A stretch of 63,587 nucleotides of DNA, filler included. It is 6 parts of 6 records of this genome, joined end to end, with 100 filler letters (N's around TTAATTAATTAA, not from the genome) between each part and the next. Parts side by side here need not be neighbours in the genome. Positions count along the whole stretch, not along the records: positions 50,455 to 58,286 come from SRR31156797_13838; positions 58,387 to 63,587 come from SRR31156797_13892; 4 more parts are not named here. One strand, given 5' to 3'. Below are positions 53,093-63,587 of the stretch, one piece after another. Position numbers and translations under genes: made by a program. The notes below the pieces were generated by a model that saw nothing but the letters and a program-made list of their open reading frames with translations, made no database searches and was not told where the DNA came from. The first letter of the stretch is position 1; every line of letters starts with the position of its first letter.

Positions 53093-53620
53093 TCAGGCGA
53101 TCTTTTCCCACCTACATGTCAGTCCTAACTCGCCAGCCGTATTGTCGACTGTTGCCAAACACGTTGGCGCCCGACCATCGGGTATCCAGACGCTCAATGT
53201 AATCGTGTAGTGGTTTTCTGCACCACCAGGGATTTTCTCCGCATTGAGTCGAACGATATTGGCCTTGAACTGAACAAATACTTCGCACAGTCGAGCGATC
53301 AAACCTGGCCGGTCTCCGCCAATTACCATGACGCGATGGGTTATCTTCCCAGAAGGTCCATGCACAGACGCCATGTCAAACGGCCTAACGACGAGTTCTG
53401 CACCTTCAAGAACCTGGATTTTCTTCAGGTCTGATTCGACAGTCTTGAGCTCGACGGTTTCGGGTAACTCGCAAATGGCTGTGAATTCGGCACCCCCTCC
53501 GAGTACCGCAAAGGTCGTATCGCTTAAATTTCCTCCAAGATCGAACAAACACCCGGTAATCGCTGCCACAAGTCCAACTCGATCTGGACAAATGGCCGAA
53601 ATCAACACTGTTTTGCTCAT
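53093..53620 (-). CDS. Double ACT-domain protein (GcvR-like)
   Basis: CPDRVGLVAAIT and GGDRPGLIARL; GGAGG RBS before the ATG at 53620. Confidence 0.85.
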   Translation of the reverse strand: MSKTVLISAICPDRVGLVAAITGCLFDLGGNLSDTTFAVLGGGAEFTAICELPETVELKTVESDLKKIQVLEGAELVVRPFDMASVHGPSGKITHRVMVIGGDRPGLIARLCEVFVQFKANIVRLNAEKIPGGAENHYTITLSVWIPDGRAPTCLATVDNTAGELGLTCRWEKIA

Positions 53621-53831
53621 TGATCCTCCAATAACTGAACTCGGAAATGTCTCAATCGATTTCGACAAACACACAATCAGGCACATCATAATGTCGCATT
53701 CCAACCCAATTGTAAGCCCATCATGGCTCGTGAAGAGGTTTCGGGCAACTGACAGAAGATCAGGAACCGTGGTAGGTTGACCATATCGCTTCGATCATTT
53801 GTAGAGTAGGGCGATCGCAAAGAGGGTAGGC

Positions 53832-54941
53832 ATGAAGTATTGCAGAAGCGGAATCGGCGTTTTGATGACGCTTCTTATCGTTCTTGTTGTTGCGATACCG
53901 AGCTCTGTGGCTCAGTTGGCGACTGAGAACACCTATACTCATCCGACGAGGAAGTATTCGGTATCGATTCCTCTCGATGCGCGGATTCGCGAGCCAGGTG
54001 GAAACGTCGATATCGCGATCGATTCCGAGAAGGGATTCGGCGTTATTCTCCAATCGGCAGATATTGGGCCGAGTACTTCCATCAGCGAAATGGCCGCCAC
54101 TTTGGAATCAGCTTATTTGGGACCAGACAAAGCGTGGCAACGAAAAGTCGGCCAGGAAATATCACTCGTTGCGGGGCTTGTATCATTTAACGGATATTAC
54201 GAAGGCAATGGCGCAAGCTATCGGGTCGTAATTGTACGCGGTCAGGTCAACACTTATACTTTCATTTTCCGGGCACGAACCGAGTATTTCGCCGAATTTG
54301 ATACTGAATTTTCATGGATATTGCAGCACTTTCGTCCAGCCTTAGGCGACCTACCGCCCGAAGCACCTTCAGAAGTACTAAACAGCTCAATTCCTCCGAC
54401 AAAGGCTTCGAATTCGGAATCCGGTGAAAGCCAGCCTTCTGTGCGCAAATTTGCAGAGCTTCGGCTCGGGTATTCGGTTGAATACGATGCTGATTGGATT
54501 GTCGAACGCCCATCGCCTGAAGCTGTCATGTTCAGCGGTCCAGAAGGAAGTGACGCGTTCTTTGCCACCGTAAGTATTCAGAATGTTGCGCCGCCAAGAG
54601 CAGAAACACCAGTGCAAGCGGCTTCTCAGATCGTGGATCAAATTCATCGTCAATTTGAAAATAGCGCTAAAGACGTGGCCTTCTCGCACGAAGCGCCATA
54701 CATCTATCAAAAGGGCGATATATTCCTGCTCGGAAGGGAATTGGGAGTAACCTATGTTTCAAGCGGTGAAAAGATTCGCCAGTGGACGCTCGTTGTGCCT
54801 CGACCGGATGGAAAGGTTGCTCATATCTGGTCTTATCGGGCTCCTCAAGCCGAGTTTGAAAAGTCCCTTCCAGTCGCGCAGTCTATTCTCAACTCTTGGA
54901 CAATATTGAAACGTGAGGGAACTGAAGTTGATCCGCAGTAG
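53832..54941 (+). CDS. Exported protein with two PsbP/DcrB-like domains
   Basis: Signal peptide; two YSVxxxxDW-like starts; C-terminal ILNSWTI; the domain call is tentative. Confidence 0.55.
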   Translation: MKYCRSGIGVLMTLLIVLVVAIPSSVAQLATENTYTHPTRKYSVSIPLDARIREPGGNVDIAIDSEKGFGVILQSADIGPSTSISEMAATLESAYLGPDKAWQRKVGQEISLVAGLVSFNGYYEGNGASYRVVIVRGQVNTYTFIFRARTEYFAEFDTEFSWILQHFRPALGDLPPEAPSEVLNSSIPPTKASNSESGESQPSVRKFAELRLGYSVEYDADWIVERPSPEAVMFSGPEGSDAFFATVSIQNVAPPRAETPVQAASQIVDQIHRQFENSAKDVAFSHEAPYIYQKGDIFLLGRELGVTYVSSGEKIRQWTLVVPRPDGKVAHIWSYRAPQAEFEKSLPVAQSILNSWTILKREGTEVDPQ

Positions 54942-55719
54942 CCATTATTGTCGCCAAAAGAAGTTGAGATTTGCCGCTCTGGCCATTTGTGTTTTGGTGT
55001 TAACTTCTCCGCAAATCAGCCAAGCTGAAGAGAACAGAAAACTCCCGATCGACCAAGTAGTCGAGTACTTTGATACGATCGTTTTCGGATCCGAGCTGGA
55101 TCCAAAATATGCCTCATCCGTTATAGCAAAATGGCAGAGTCCGGTAGGCATCAGCTTCCAAGGTCGTGATACGCATGAACATCGTAAAACGGTGGACAAT
55201 TATCTGAAACCAGTCGCCTCCTTGTCGAAACTCACCTTTAATATGGTCGAACCTACTGACGAAACTCCCCAAATAACTTTCATTTTTGGTACGACGGAAG
55301 AAATTTCAAAAATCGGTCTCCCCACAGAATACAGAACAGCTCTCCCTGAATTAATGGCAACAAATCCTAACTGCTTTTTTCTGAGTTGGAGAAAGCCAGA
55401 AAGCAGGTTTGTTAGAGCGATTATCGTTGCAGACATTGACCGGGACCCAGCCATCATCAACAGTTGCCTATTGGAGGAATTGGTTCAGAGCTTGGGGCTG
55501 CCAAATGATAGCAATGACTTGCGGCCCTCAATCTTCAGCGATCGTGATCGTCTGTTTGAATTATCGCCGCAAGATAGAATCCTTCTCTACACGCTTTACC
55601 ATCCTGAAATGAAGCCAGGTTTTAGTCGGGAAAAAGCGTTGATTGCGGCAAAGAAAATCATTTCTGACTTGGCGAAGAAACACGCAAAACAGACCACATC
55701 TCGTGGGCAAGGCGGATGA
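54913..55719 (+). CDS. DUF2927-like exported protein
   Basis: SCLLEELVQSLGLPNDS...PSIFSD...D.ILLYTLYHPEMKPG. Confidence 0.8.
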   Translation: MRELKLIRSSHYCRQKKLRFAALAICVLVLTSPQISQAEENRKLPIDQVVEYFDTIVFGSELDPKYASSVIAKWQSPVGISFQGRDTHEHRKTVDNYLKPVASLSKLTFNMVEPTDETPQITFIFGTTEEISKIGLPTEYRTALPELMATNPNCFFLSWRKPESRFVRAIIVADIDRDPAIINSCLLEELVQSLGLPNDSNDLRPSIFSDRDRLFELSPQDRILLYTLYHPEMKPGFSREKALIAAKKIISDLAKKHAKQTTSRGQGG

Positions 55720-56116
55720 TTCGATCAGTTTCGCTCCAAAGCGCTAGTGTGTCTATATCCTCCATTTCAAACCAACCGACTTCGGCCGCATCGTCCGCAG
55801 CGATTGCTTCTCCTCTGACGGCTTCGGCTAAAACGTCAACAAGCGTATAGTGGTATTGAACTCTTCCGCTATCATCACGTTGGATCGAATCCACCACATC
55901 GACAACACCAAGAACATCGATATCCAGGCCAGTTTCTTCCTTGATCTCCCGCGTGGCGGCTTCCATCACCGTTTCCCCGAGATCCTGAGCTCCGCCGGGA
56001 AGACTCCAATCGCCCACTCGCGGCGGCTTACCACGGCGTGCTAAAAGAAATTTGTCATCTCGTAAGACGACAACGCCAACACCGACAATTGGCATTTTCG
56101 GGTATTCTCGTATCAT
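55658..56116 (-). CDS. Nudix hydrolase
   Basis: PGGAQDLGETVMEAATREIKEETGL Nudix box; REYPKMPIVGVG N-terminus. Confidence 0.92.
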   Translation of the reverse strand: MIREYPKMPIVGVGVVVLRDDKFLLARRGKPPRVGDWSLPGGAQDLGETVMEAATREIKEETGLDIDVLGVVDVVDSIQRDDSGRVQYHYTLVDVLAEAVRGEAIAADDAAEVGWFEMEDIDTLALWSETDRIIRLAHEMWSVLRVSSPSQK

Positions 56117-56327
56117 TGGGAGGGTGCTTCCTAGGCGAATTGTTGTTGTCGTAGTCCAAACTAGAAGTGTAACGTAATTTGAACAATCGTTTGGGGACAA
56201 GGGGACGCGCGGACAAATCGGAACGTGCCAACTCTATGATTTTGTCGGAAAGTGAAACCGCACCAAGGCTGGCGATTTTGAATCGTTTGATTGCATTGGA
56301 AGACTTGATCGGCGGATAGGGGACATC

Positions 56328-56702
56328 ATGGCGCAGGGACAAGACAAGATTCTGGAACGAAAAGTGTACCAGATGGGCGAGGTCATCTTCAAAGAAGGTG
56401 AAGAGGGAAACCGCGCTTTCGTTGTTCAAAGAGGAGAGGTCGAGATTTCAAAGACCATCGACGGAAAAAGAACAGTTCTTGGAGTCGTCGGACCTGGGGG
56501 AATTTTCGGCGAAATGGCGTTGATAGACGACGCCCCTCGGATGGCAACAGCCGTCACCCTGGATGTAACTACCGTTATTCTCGTGTCGCGCCAAATGCTC
56601 GAGCTAAAACTGTCCAAGGCAGATCCATTTCTGCGCGGCCTTATCAATATCTTCGCTGCCAATCTGCGTTCGCTTGGACAAAAAAAAGCGGAGCAGGAAT
56701 GA
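56328..56702 (+). CDS. Stand-alone cyclic-nucleotide-binding domain protein
   Basis: IFKEGEEG, GEVEI, FGEMALID..PRMATA. Confidence 0.9.
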   Translation: MAQGQDKILERKVYQMGEVIFKEGEEGNRAFVVQRGEVEISKTIDGKRTVLGVVGPGGIFGEMALIDDAPRMATAVTLDVTTVILVSRQMLELKLSKADPFLRGLINIFAANLRSLGQKKAEQE

Positions 56703-56774
56703 GGCCCGCTTCCAGAAGAAATTGCTGACCAAATAGTATTTCCAACCAAACTCCATGAAACGCGCAATTCCTAC

Positions 56775-58286
56775 CTATTTTCCTCGTAATCGTGAGACTA
56801 TCCGCAACCCGGCGTGTGCAACCACGCCAATCAAAGTAAAGATGAAGGCCAACCAGCCTATGTTCGAAAGCCAGGGAAACGAATCGCGACCCGGCATGTA
56901 AAATCCGGTCAACGAGGCCATGCGGCCGTTATTGGTGGTGTGACAGTCGTTGCAGGCCAGCGCGTCTTTTTTGGGAGCCACCATATGCTCAACTGGCAGG
57001 AAGTACTGTGTTTCGACAAAACCATATTTGCCGCTGAAATCCAATCCAACCGTGTCCATCCCAGAACGGATCGCTTTTTCCCAATCAAAATTCGACCAAT
57101 AGGATGTGTCATCGCGTCCCGATAGGTGAGGGACCGCTAATGTTTGGTTGTTCGTGTCGTAAGGTTGGCGGCCATGCATAACTTTAAAGGGCCAAATGCG
57201 CGACCCTGGATCATCGTGGCTGCCTGAAATCCGATTGATATTTAGGATTCGGGAATCATCAAAAGCTTGCCCTGCCAACTGGTACTCAACCTGTCCATTA
57301 AACCAATAGTATTCGGGTTGCACATTTTCTCCCCATTCCATCGAACCTTTTAAGGAATTGTAGGCCGGATAGCTATCTTCACCCTTTTTCATGAAGGGTT
57401 TGCGTTTTCGATTTAGCTCGCCAGCAGTAGACCAGTCCCAGTTCATCAACGTCTTGACACCTCCTCGAGCGAATTCCGGAATATGACAGGTCGGGCAGGC
57501 CACTCGATCGGTGTGATCATTCAATTTCGGGTGGTTGGATTCTGGGTGAGGTGTCATGCCGTGACAGGATTCGCATGTCGATCTGGAGGCGTCCGATTTC
57601 CCGGGAATGTCGATCCCACTGAAATCCGCCGTTTGAACAGCGTAGCGACTGCCGGTCAATTGATGTCCGCCCAATGTATGACAAGCCGTACAGGAGAAGT
57701 TGAGGCCGTCAGCATCCATATGAACATCGAGGGCACGGTTCGGATTCAGGAGAGAGGAATCCAAATCGCCATGCTTAACGCCATCACCGCCGTCGCTTTG
57801 AAAATGGCATGCTCCGCAATTTTGCCGCGATGGTTTTCCGACGGCCTGAGCCAGTGCAGCCAAATCGGGACGCGACCGTTTACGCCGCTTTTTCGTGGTC
57901 GGCTTTTCTTCATGGCAGGAAATGCACTCTCCTTCGCCCGGATGGAATTTTTCGAAAGAATATTCACCGGTCGTGTCGTGGCAGACGAGACAATCCACGG
58001 CTTCTTCCGCAGCAAAATCAAAACTATCGTCCAACCAGCCATTTCCGATATGGCATTGGGAACAACTCTCGAGATTGGTAGCCGTCGACATGAAAAAGCT
58101 GTTGATGACATGACGCATGCCCAGGGTTTGACCTGTATCCGCGTTTTCGAATTGCCAAGTCCAATGGATGGTCTGATGCAATTGCTTCGATGCCTCGGTA
58201 TGGCAATTCAAGCACGCCTTGGTTACCTCAATACCAGAACGAAAATCCTGCTTTAATACCTCAAATCTACCGTGATCAGCCGTCGA
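56775..58286 (-). CDS. Otr (tetrathionate reductase)-family multiheme cytochrome c with nine CXXCH motifs, 5'-truncated
   Basis: Frame is open to the contig edge (STADHGRFEVLKQDFRSGIEVTKACLNCH); GGDGVKHGDLDSSL, DVHMDADGLNF, PFKVMHGRQPYD; C-terminal TM helix. Confidence 0.88.
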   Translation of the reverse strand, partial: STADHGRFEVLKQDFRSGIEVTKACLNCHTEASKQLHQTIHWTWQFENADTGQTLGMRHVINSFFMSTATNLESCSQCHIGNGWLDDSFDFAAEEAVDCLVCHDTTGEYSFEKFHPGEGECISCHEEKPTTKKRRKRSRPDLAALAQAVGKPSRQNCGACHFQSDGGDGVKHGDLDSSLLNPNRALDVHMDADGLNFSCTACHTLGGHQLTGSRYAVQTADFSGIDIPGKSDASRSTCESCHGMTPHPESNHPKLNDHTDRVACPTCHIPEFARGGVKTLMNWDWSTAGELNRKRKPFMKKGEDSYPAYNSLKGSMEWGENVQPEYYWFNGQVEYQLAGQAFDDSRILNINRISGSHDDPGSRIWPFKVMHGRQPYDTNNQTLAVPHLSGRDDTSYWSNFDWEKAIRSGMDTVGLDFSGKYGFVETQYFLPVEHMVAPKKDALACNDCHTTNNGRMASLTGFYMPGRDSFPWLSNIGWLAFIFTLIGVVAHAGLRIVSRLRGK

Positions 58287-58386
58287 NNNNNNNNNNNNNN
58301 NNNNNNNNNNNNNNNNNNNNNNNNNNNNNNTTAATTAATTAANNNNNNNNNNNNNNNNNNNNNNNNNNNNNNNNNNNNNNNNNNNN
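58287..58386. other. Artificial contig linker
   Basis: 44 N + TTAATTAATTAA + 44 N. Confidence 0.99.
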
Positions 58387-60876
58387 TTTAGATTCGGTAA
58401 TGTCGGTGAAATTTCCCTGCCCGTCGTTTTCAAGCAAATATTGTTTTGGATTAATACCATATATTCTTGACACACCTAAATTTCCGACAAACAAATCCAA
58501 ATCACCGTCGTTGTCGAAATCATTTTCCTTTATAACAGAGGTATTGTATCTAATATCAGGAATTTGATTTGTTGAATTGGAAAGATTTCCTTTTCCATCA
58601 TTTATGTATAATCGGTCGGCTAATAATGAAGAGTTATCCGATTTATCATTACCTCCGGAGCCTACATATAAATCGAGATCCCCATCTCCGTCTAAATCAA
58701 AAAAGTTAGCAGCGGTGTCTTCATAATCTTTATCTTTTGTGAAATCTGCATTTGCTTTTTTTATGAATTTCCCGTTTTTATTTTGTATCCATAATTGTGC
58801 GGTTTCACCTGAGGCGCTGCCAATAAAAACGTCTTCCAATGTATCATTATTTATGTCTGCAATTTCTATTACCGGTCCTTCATGAGAAGATAAATGCGGA
58901 ATTAATCCTTCAAAATCAAAATCAAAATAGAAGTTCTCTTTATGTTTATTAAAAGGGATATCAACTTTTTCAAAAAGGGTATCGGAATTTGTAATTTTTG
59001 CTATTGGATGAAAATCGTCTTTTGCATTTTCAAGGTTTAACTCCAGCAATTGATTGGCTGTTACATTTTCAATTCGCTGCTTTTTTCCATTTGGCCAGTT
59101 AACTATTACAGAATCGGCAGTTTCAGTTTTTCCCATACCAAAATGAAGTACATAATCTACAGATGACTGAAAACCTCGGGTGGGAAACTGTTCTTGTTTG
59201 TGGATTTGATTATCGAAATAAACTAAAACCGTTGCACCTACTCCAAAAGTATTTGGCTTTTGTCCTTCAAGTTTTACTCTAAGAAAATTATTTTGTTGTA
59301 TTTCATTGCTGTTGTTTTTGATAATAAAACAGGGTTGATTTACATTATTTACCACCAAATCGAGGTCGCCATCGTTGTCGAGATCTCCATATGCCGAACC
59401 ATTTGAGAAACTGGGAATATCAAGGCCCCATTCTTTTATATTATCGGAGAATGTAAGGTCTCCGTTGTTTTTAAATGCATAATTTGAAATTGGAGTACTT
59501 GGCATTCGGTTAATTATGGTTTCCACCTCTTCTTTTTTTCCGGTAAGTGTCATTTCCTGAACTATTTCATTGGCAAAAAAGTCCATAAAATCCATGTCTG
59601 TAAGATCATGATAAACGCCGTTTGATACGTAAATATCCCGGAATCCGTCGTTATCCATGTCAAATAATAAAGCACTCCAGCTCCAGTCGGTTTCTGCAAC
59701 ACCACTGTAAAATGCAATTTCGGAAAATGTATTGTTTCCATTATTTAATTGTAAGGTGTTTTGCATAAACTGATGATAAAAATCGCGTTCCTGTTTAAGG
59801 TCGTAGATTTCAAAAGTTTCAAATTCGGTAGTGTTTTTTAATCTTTCATCTTCTTTTGGAAGCATGTCGGTAACATAGATTTCTGATAATCCGTCGTTAT
59901 TAAGATCGGCTATATCGGCGCCCATCGACGACATACTCATATGCGAGAACCAGTCTTTTATTTGCTCTTTGTAAGTTCCGTCTCCTTGATTTATGTAGAG
60001 GTAATCACGTTCATAAAAATCGTTTGAGATATAAAGATCAGGGAATAAATCATCATTTACATGACCGACTGTGACGCCCATTCCAAACCCAATTATACTT
60101 CCATAAATTCCTGCTTGTTCGCTAACATCAGTAAATTTCCCATTGTCGTTTCGCATTAATTTATCGCCGCCACCAAGAAACATTTCCGGTAATTTCCAGT
60201 TTTCACTTCTCAAATCGCGATTATTCGACAAATTCATGCTATTTACCGGAATAAAACTATTGTTAAGAATGTATGCGTCAAGATCTCCATCTAAATCATA
60301 ATCGAAAAAAGCAGCATGTGTAGTATAGCCATCGTCGTCAAGTCCGTATTCTTCAGCTTTTTCTGAAAAGGTGAGATCGCCGTTATTAATAAAAAGCTCG
60401 TTTTTATGATTGTCGCCTTTCACATTGCCTGCATTACAAACATATAAGTCAATAAAACCATCCGCATTAACGTCAACCATTGCAATTCCGGTTGACCATG
60501 CATGATTCCCGCCTACGTTGGCTTTTTCGGTGATATCGGTAAATGTAAAGTCACCGTTATTTAAGTAAAGTTTGTTTGCTTCTCTGTTTGAAATTAAATA
60601 AACATCAGCAAATCCATCGTTGTTGATATCTGCAATTCCAACTGCTCCTCCGTTGTAAAAATTACGATAAGTAAATATGTTGAACCCTTTTTCGTTGTCT
60701 ATCTTATTAATAAAATCGATTCCACTTTTTTTTGAAGAAACAAAATCGAAAAGAGTATCTCCAGAGCTTGTAATTTCACCTTTATCTTTACAAGCAAAAA
60801 ATAGTAACATACTAATTAAAAAGGGGAGGATATATATTTTCCAATAAATTTTGTTTTTGCGTAAACTACAGATCAT
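58387..60876 (-). CDS. FG-GAP/VCBS-repeat lipoprotein with ASPIC/UnbV domain, 3'-truncated
   Basis: Lipobox FFAC; repeated DxNxDGxxDLYV; GFQSSVDYVLHFGMG...VNWPNG. Confidence 0.9.
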
Positions 60877-61119
60877 TTCAATTTCAAATAGTTTTGAATA
60901 ATAGTATTCTAAGATTTTGTAAGTTGGTTTTTTGTTTCAGTTGTCGTTAACATGTCAATTTCTGGTTTACAAGCAAGATAGCAAAGAGTTTTCTTTTTTT
61001 GAAGATTTTTCTGCCTTGTTAAACATTCTACGAAATTTCTGCTGTTGAATTTAGGAGCAGAGAATTAATTTTAACTAATAAATAATGGAATTTATTTAAT
61101 TTGTTCATTAAAATCGTTT

Positions 61120-61157
61120 AAAAAAAACCAGTGAGTTTTAAACTCACTGGCCTTTTT
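61120..61157 (-). terminator. Terminator after the SusD-like gene
   Basis: CCAGTGAGTTT/AAACTCACTGG stem; the A run at 61120-61127 is the minus-strand U tail. Confidence 0.75.
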
Positions 61158-61205
61158 AAAATTTGTAAAACTTAACTTTTAACGAGGATGAATTATGTTA
61201 TTTGT

Positions 61206-62717
61206 TTAATATCCAGGATTTTGTTCCAGATTCGGATTGGATGCAATCTGGGACGATGAAAAAGGGAAAAGCAAATATTTTGCTTCCGAAGCTGATTTTT
61301 CTGACCAGGCTTCCAGGTATTTGCCATATCGTACCAAATCATTTCTCCTCCAGTTTTCACTGTATAACTCACGACCACGTTCTGCAAGCATTACCTCTGC
61401 GTTTACTGATGTTAACTGAGATGCATTACGAACCGAGCGCAATTGATTTACAATTGTTAGCGCTCCGGCTTCATTTCCCGATCTCATTTGTGCTTCAGCT
61501 TTGCAAAGAAGGATGTCGGCATAACGGAAAAATACAAGGTCATTTTCAGGAGAACTGGTGTTCCCATAATCAGGTGTATATTTCATAATTCTAATTCCAC
61601 TGGTTTCAAGCGTGGCACCACCCGAAATTATTGGACTTTCTTTAGTGAAGAACAGTGGATTACCGGCGCGGTCTTCCAGTGCTACTCCATCTTGGTCGTA
61701 TTGTTGTCCGTATAATAGCCCGGCGTCTAAGCCAGAAGCTGCTTTTACGTCAGCAACTTCGCCATGTCTGCGAATATCTGATTCTTCAAACGAGTCATAA
61801 AAATCGGCTAAGGTTGTAAAACCATTCCATCCACTTGGGTTTTGATTGTAGTGCAACGTTGAATGGTAACGTCCGGCTACACCATTCGACTGTGTCCCTC
61901 TGGTATTTCTTGAACTGAAGATGATTTCACCCGAGTTTTCATTATCTGCCGAGAAAATACTGTAAAAATCGCTTTCCAATGCAAAATTTCCGGAACTTAT
62001 AATTGCATCGCAGTTACTAACAACTTGTGCCATGTTATCATTCGAGAATGAAAATGACTGTCTGTCGCTTTCGTAAACGTCTTTATTCAGGTATGCTTTT
62101 GCTAATAAAGCATGTGCTGCAGATTGTGTTGCTACCCAGGGGTCATCACTCGCAGGTAAATTGTTCATAATTGCTTCCAGCTCTGAAATTACAAAAGCAA
62201 TAGCTTCGGTACTTGACATTACGACAGGATCTTCAGCAAGTGGACCACCCGGATCTCTCATTGGTACTTGTCCCCAGCCATCGCAAATCCAAAAAACATA
62301 AAGTGCTCTGATAAAACGTGCTTCTGCTTCCTGCTGAGAACTGGTTTGGTATTGTAGCATATCGATTGCTGAGAATAAACCAGCGGTATATGATTGGTAA
62401 CGTGAAGCAATTCCTGCGTGTTCAGGATCCCATTTATGTTGGTGTAATGCGCGCCATGCACCGTTGTCATCCCAGTCTCCACCACGGGTTGGTGCCATTA
62501 AAATATCGGTTGTATGTTCGAAAATAATATCTGCTCCCGAACCATCGACATTTGAGAGAGTTATATATAACTCTGTTAAAAGATCGGAGACGTTCGCTGC
62601 AGATACCTGATCTTTGGTTAAGCGATCTTCTAGAGCTTCATCCAGGTTGGTACAACCGGAAATGGTTAACCCAACAATCGCTGCAAATACTGCTAAAAAT
62701 TTAAATATATTCTTCAT
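61206..62717 (-). CDS. RagB/SusD family lipoprotein
   Basis: Lipobox ISGC; EARFIRAL, FRYADILLCKAEA, ERGRELYSE..RRNDLVRYG, NPNLEQNPGY. Confidence 0.95.
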   Translation of the reverse strand: MKNIFKFLAVFAAIVGLTISGCTNLDEALEDRLTKDQVSAANVSDLLTELYITLSNVDGSGADIIFEHTTDILMAPTRGGDWDDNGAWRALHQHKWDPEHAGIASRYQSYTAGLFSAIDMLQYQTSSQQEAEARFIRALYVFWICDGWGQVPMRDPGGPLAEDPVVMSSTEAIAFVISELEAIMNNLPASDDPWVATQSAAHALLAKAYLNKDVYESDRQSFSFSNDNMAQVVSNCDAIISSGNFALESDFYSIFSADNENSGEIIFSSRNTRGTQSNGVAGRYHSTLHYNQNPSGWNGFTTLADFYDSFEESDIRRHGEVADVKAASGLDAGLLYGQQYDQDGVALEDRAGNPLFFTKESPIISGGATLETSGIRIMKYTPDYGNTSSPENDLVFFRYADILLCKAEAQMRSGNEAGALTIVNQLRSVRNASQLTSVNAEVMLAERGRELYSENWRRNDLVRYGKYLEAWSEKSASEAKYLLFPFSSSQIASNPNLEQNPGY

Positions 62718-62738
62718 GATTGTTTATTTCTTTGTTGA

Positions 62739-63587
62739 TTAAAATGAAACATTAAGACCGAATGTGAAAGTTCTGGCAGTTGGGTATGGAACATAGTCAA
62801 TACCAAACGATGGAACTCCGTCGACAGCTTTGTTTACGTTAACTTCCGGATCGAAGCCGGTATAATTTGTAATAATAAATAGATTTTGACCTGTAAGTGA
62901 GAACCGCATCGATTTAAAGAATAAAGGTGCTGTACTTAAATCGTATGATAAGGTGAGGTTGTTTAATCGTAAGAAATCACCTTCTTCCAAATAACGGGTT
63001 GAACCTTTTAAAGCATTATCGGCACTTTCTCCGTCAAGCGTATAAATTGGAGATGTATTTCGTCCTTTAGTTGGATTACTAACAACCAGTACTGAAGTTG
63101 CTGTATTGTTATAAACCATATGACCAAATGCACCATTAAAATTGGCAACAAGGTTCCAGTTTTTATAATTCAGGTTTGCTGAAAGCCCTAAAATCTGTTT
63201 TGGATTCGGGTCTCCTACATATTGTTTTTCTTCACTGTAAATACCAAGTCCATCTGCATCAAGTCCCTGGAATTCGAGTAGGTAGAATACATTTAGTGGC
63301 TGTCCTTCTATAAAACGCTGACTCCGCACTCCCGACATCCCTTGTCCGTGCAATCCGCCGGTTTCAACAATTCTTGCAAAGTTATTCAATTCGTTTTTCA
63401 GGAAACTTATATTTCCACTTAAATCAAAATTAAAATCTCTGGTGTCGACAATTCTTGCATTTAATGCAATTTCAACTCCACTGTTTAAAACATCAGCATC
63501 TAAATTAGACCAAACTTTTCCTGAAGATGGACTAGGGTAAGCGGCTTCAGCATAAAATAAAAGGTCGTTGGTAATTTTATTGAAATA
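62739..63587 (-). CDS. SusC/RagA TonB-dependent transporter, C-terminal part
   Basis: GDPNP, YLEEGDFLRLNNLTLSY, YTGFDPEV, YPTARTFTFGLNVSF; runs off the window. Confidence 0.95.
   Translation of the reverse strand, partial: YFNKITNDLLFYAEAAYPSPSSGKVWSNLDADVLNSGVEIALNARIVDTRDFNFDLSGNISFLKNELNNFARIVETGGLHGQGMSGVRSQRFIEGQPLNVFYLLEFQGLDADGLGIYSEEKQYVGDPNPKQILGLSANLNYKNWNLVANFNGAFGHMVYNNTATSVLVVSNPTKGRNTSPIYTLDGESADNALKGSTRYLEEGDFLRLNNLTLSYDLSTAPLFFKSMRFSLTGQNLFIITNYTGFDPEVNVNKAVDGVPSFGIDYVPYPTARTFTFGLNVSF

Noticed and set aside
55658-55719. 62-bp convergent overlap of the DUF2927-like and Nudix genes
   Set aside because: Only low-information C-terminal tails overlap, which is common.
57483-58256. 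257-aa plus-strand ORF
   Set aside because: Antisense shadow of the multiheme cytochrome gene.

Overview
The window is not one locus. It is six unrelated contigs joined by 100-bp artificial linkers (44 N + TTAATTAATTAA + 44 N). (1) 1-8381: a Gram-negative cassette with two RTX/beta-roll proteins plus HlyB/HlyD type I secretion genes, preceded by a near-consensus sigma-28 promoter. Its two ends together form a complete lambda-like attP site built around a degenerate tRNA 3' half, yet no integrase is encoded. (2) 8482-27389: low-GC Bacillota/Clostridia-like DNA (LCP, nuclease, HAD, aldo/keto reductase, leuS, YhaO/YhaN pair behind a DnaA-box cluster, MFS). (3) 27490-34757: a GlpK-like kinase and two flavoproteins, a frameshifted MarR, and katG. 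(4) 34858-50354: Bacteroidota DNA (partial tRNA-Gln, two tandem DUF2723/TMEM260-like genes, purD, SLC12-like transporter, candidate sRNA). (5) 50455-58286: sulfur-metabolism-flavoured proteobacterial DNA (DASS transporter, USP, dsrE2-tusA, and an Otr-like cytochrome with nine CXXCH motifs and an altered active-site segment). (6) 58387-63587: Bacteroidota SusC/SusD plus an FG-GAP/ASPIC lipoprotein. The best candidate for an undescribed system is the integrase-less, att-bounded, flagellar-sigma-driven RTX secretion cassette on contig 1. All family and taxon assignments come from motif recognition by eye; no searches were run.
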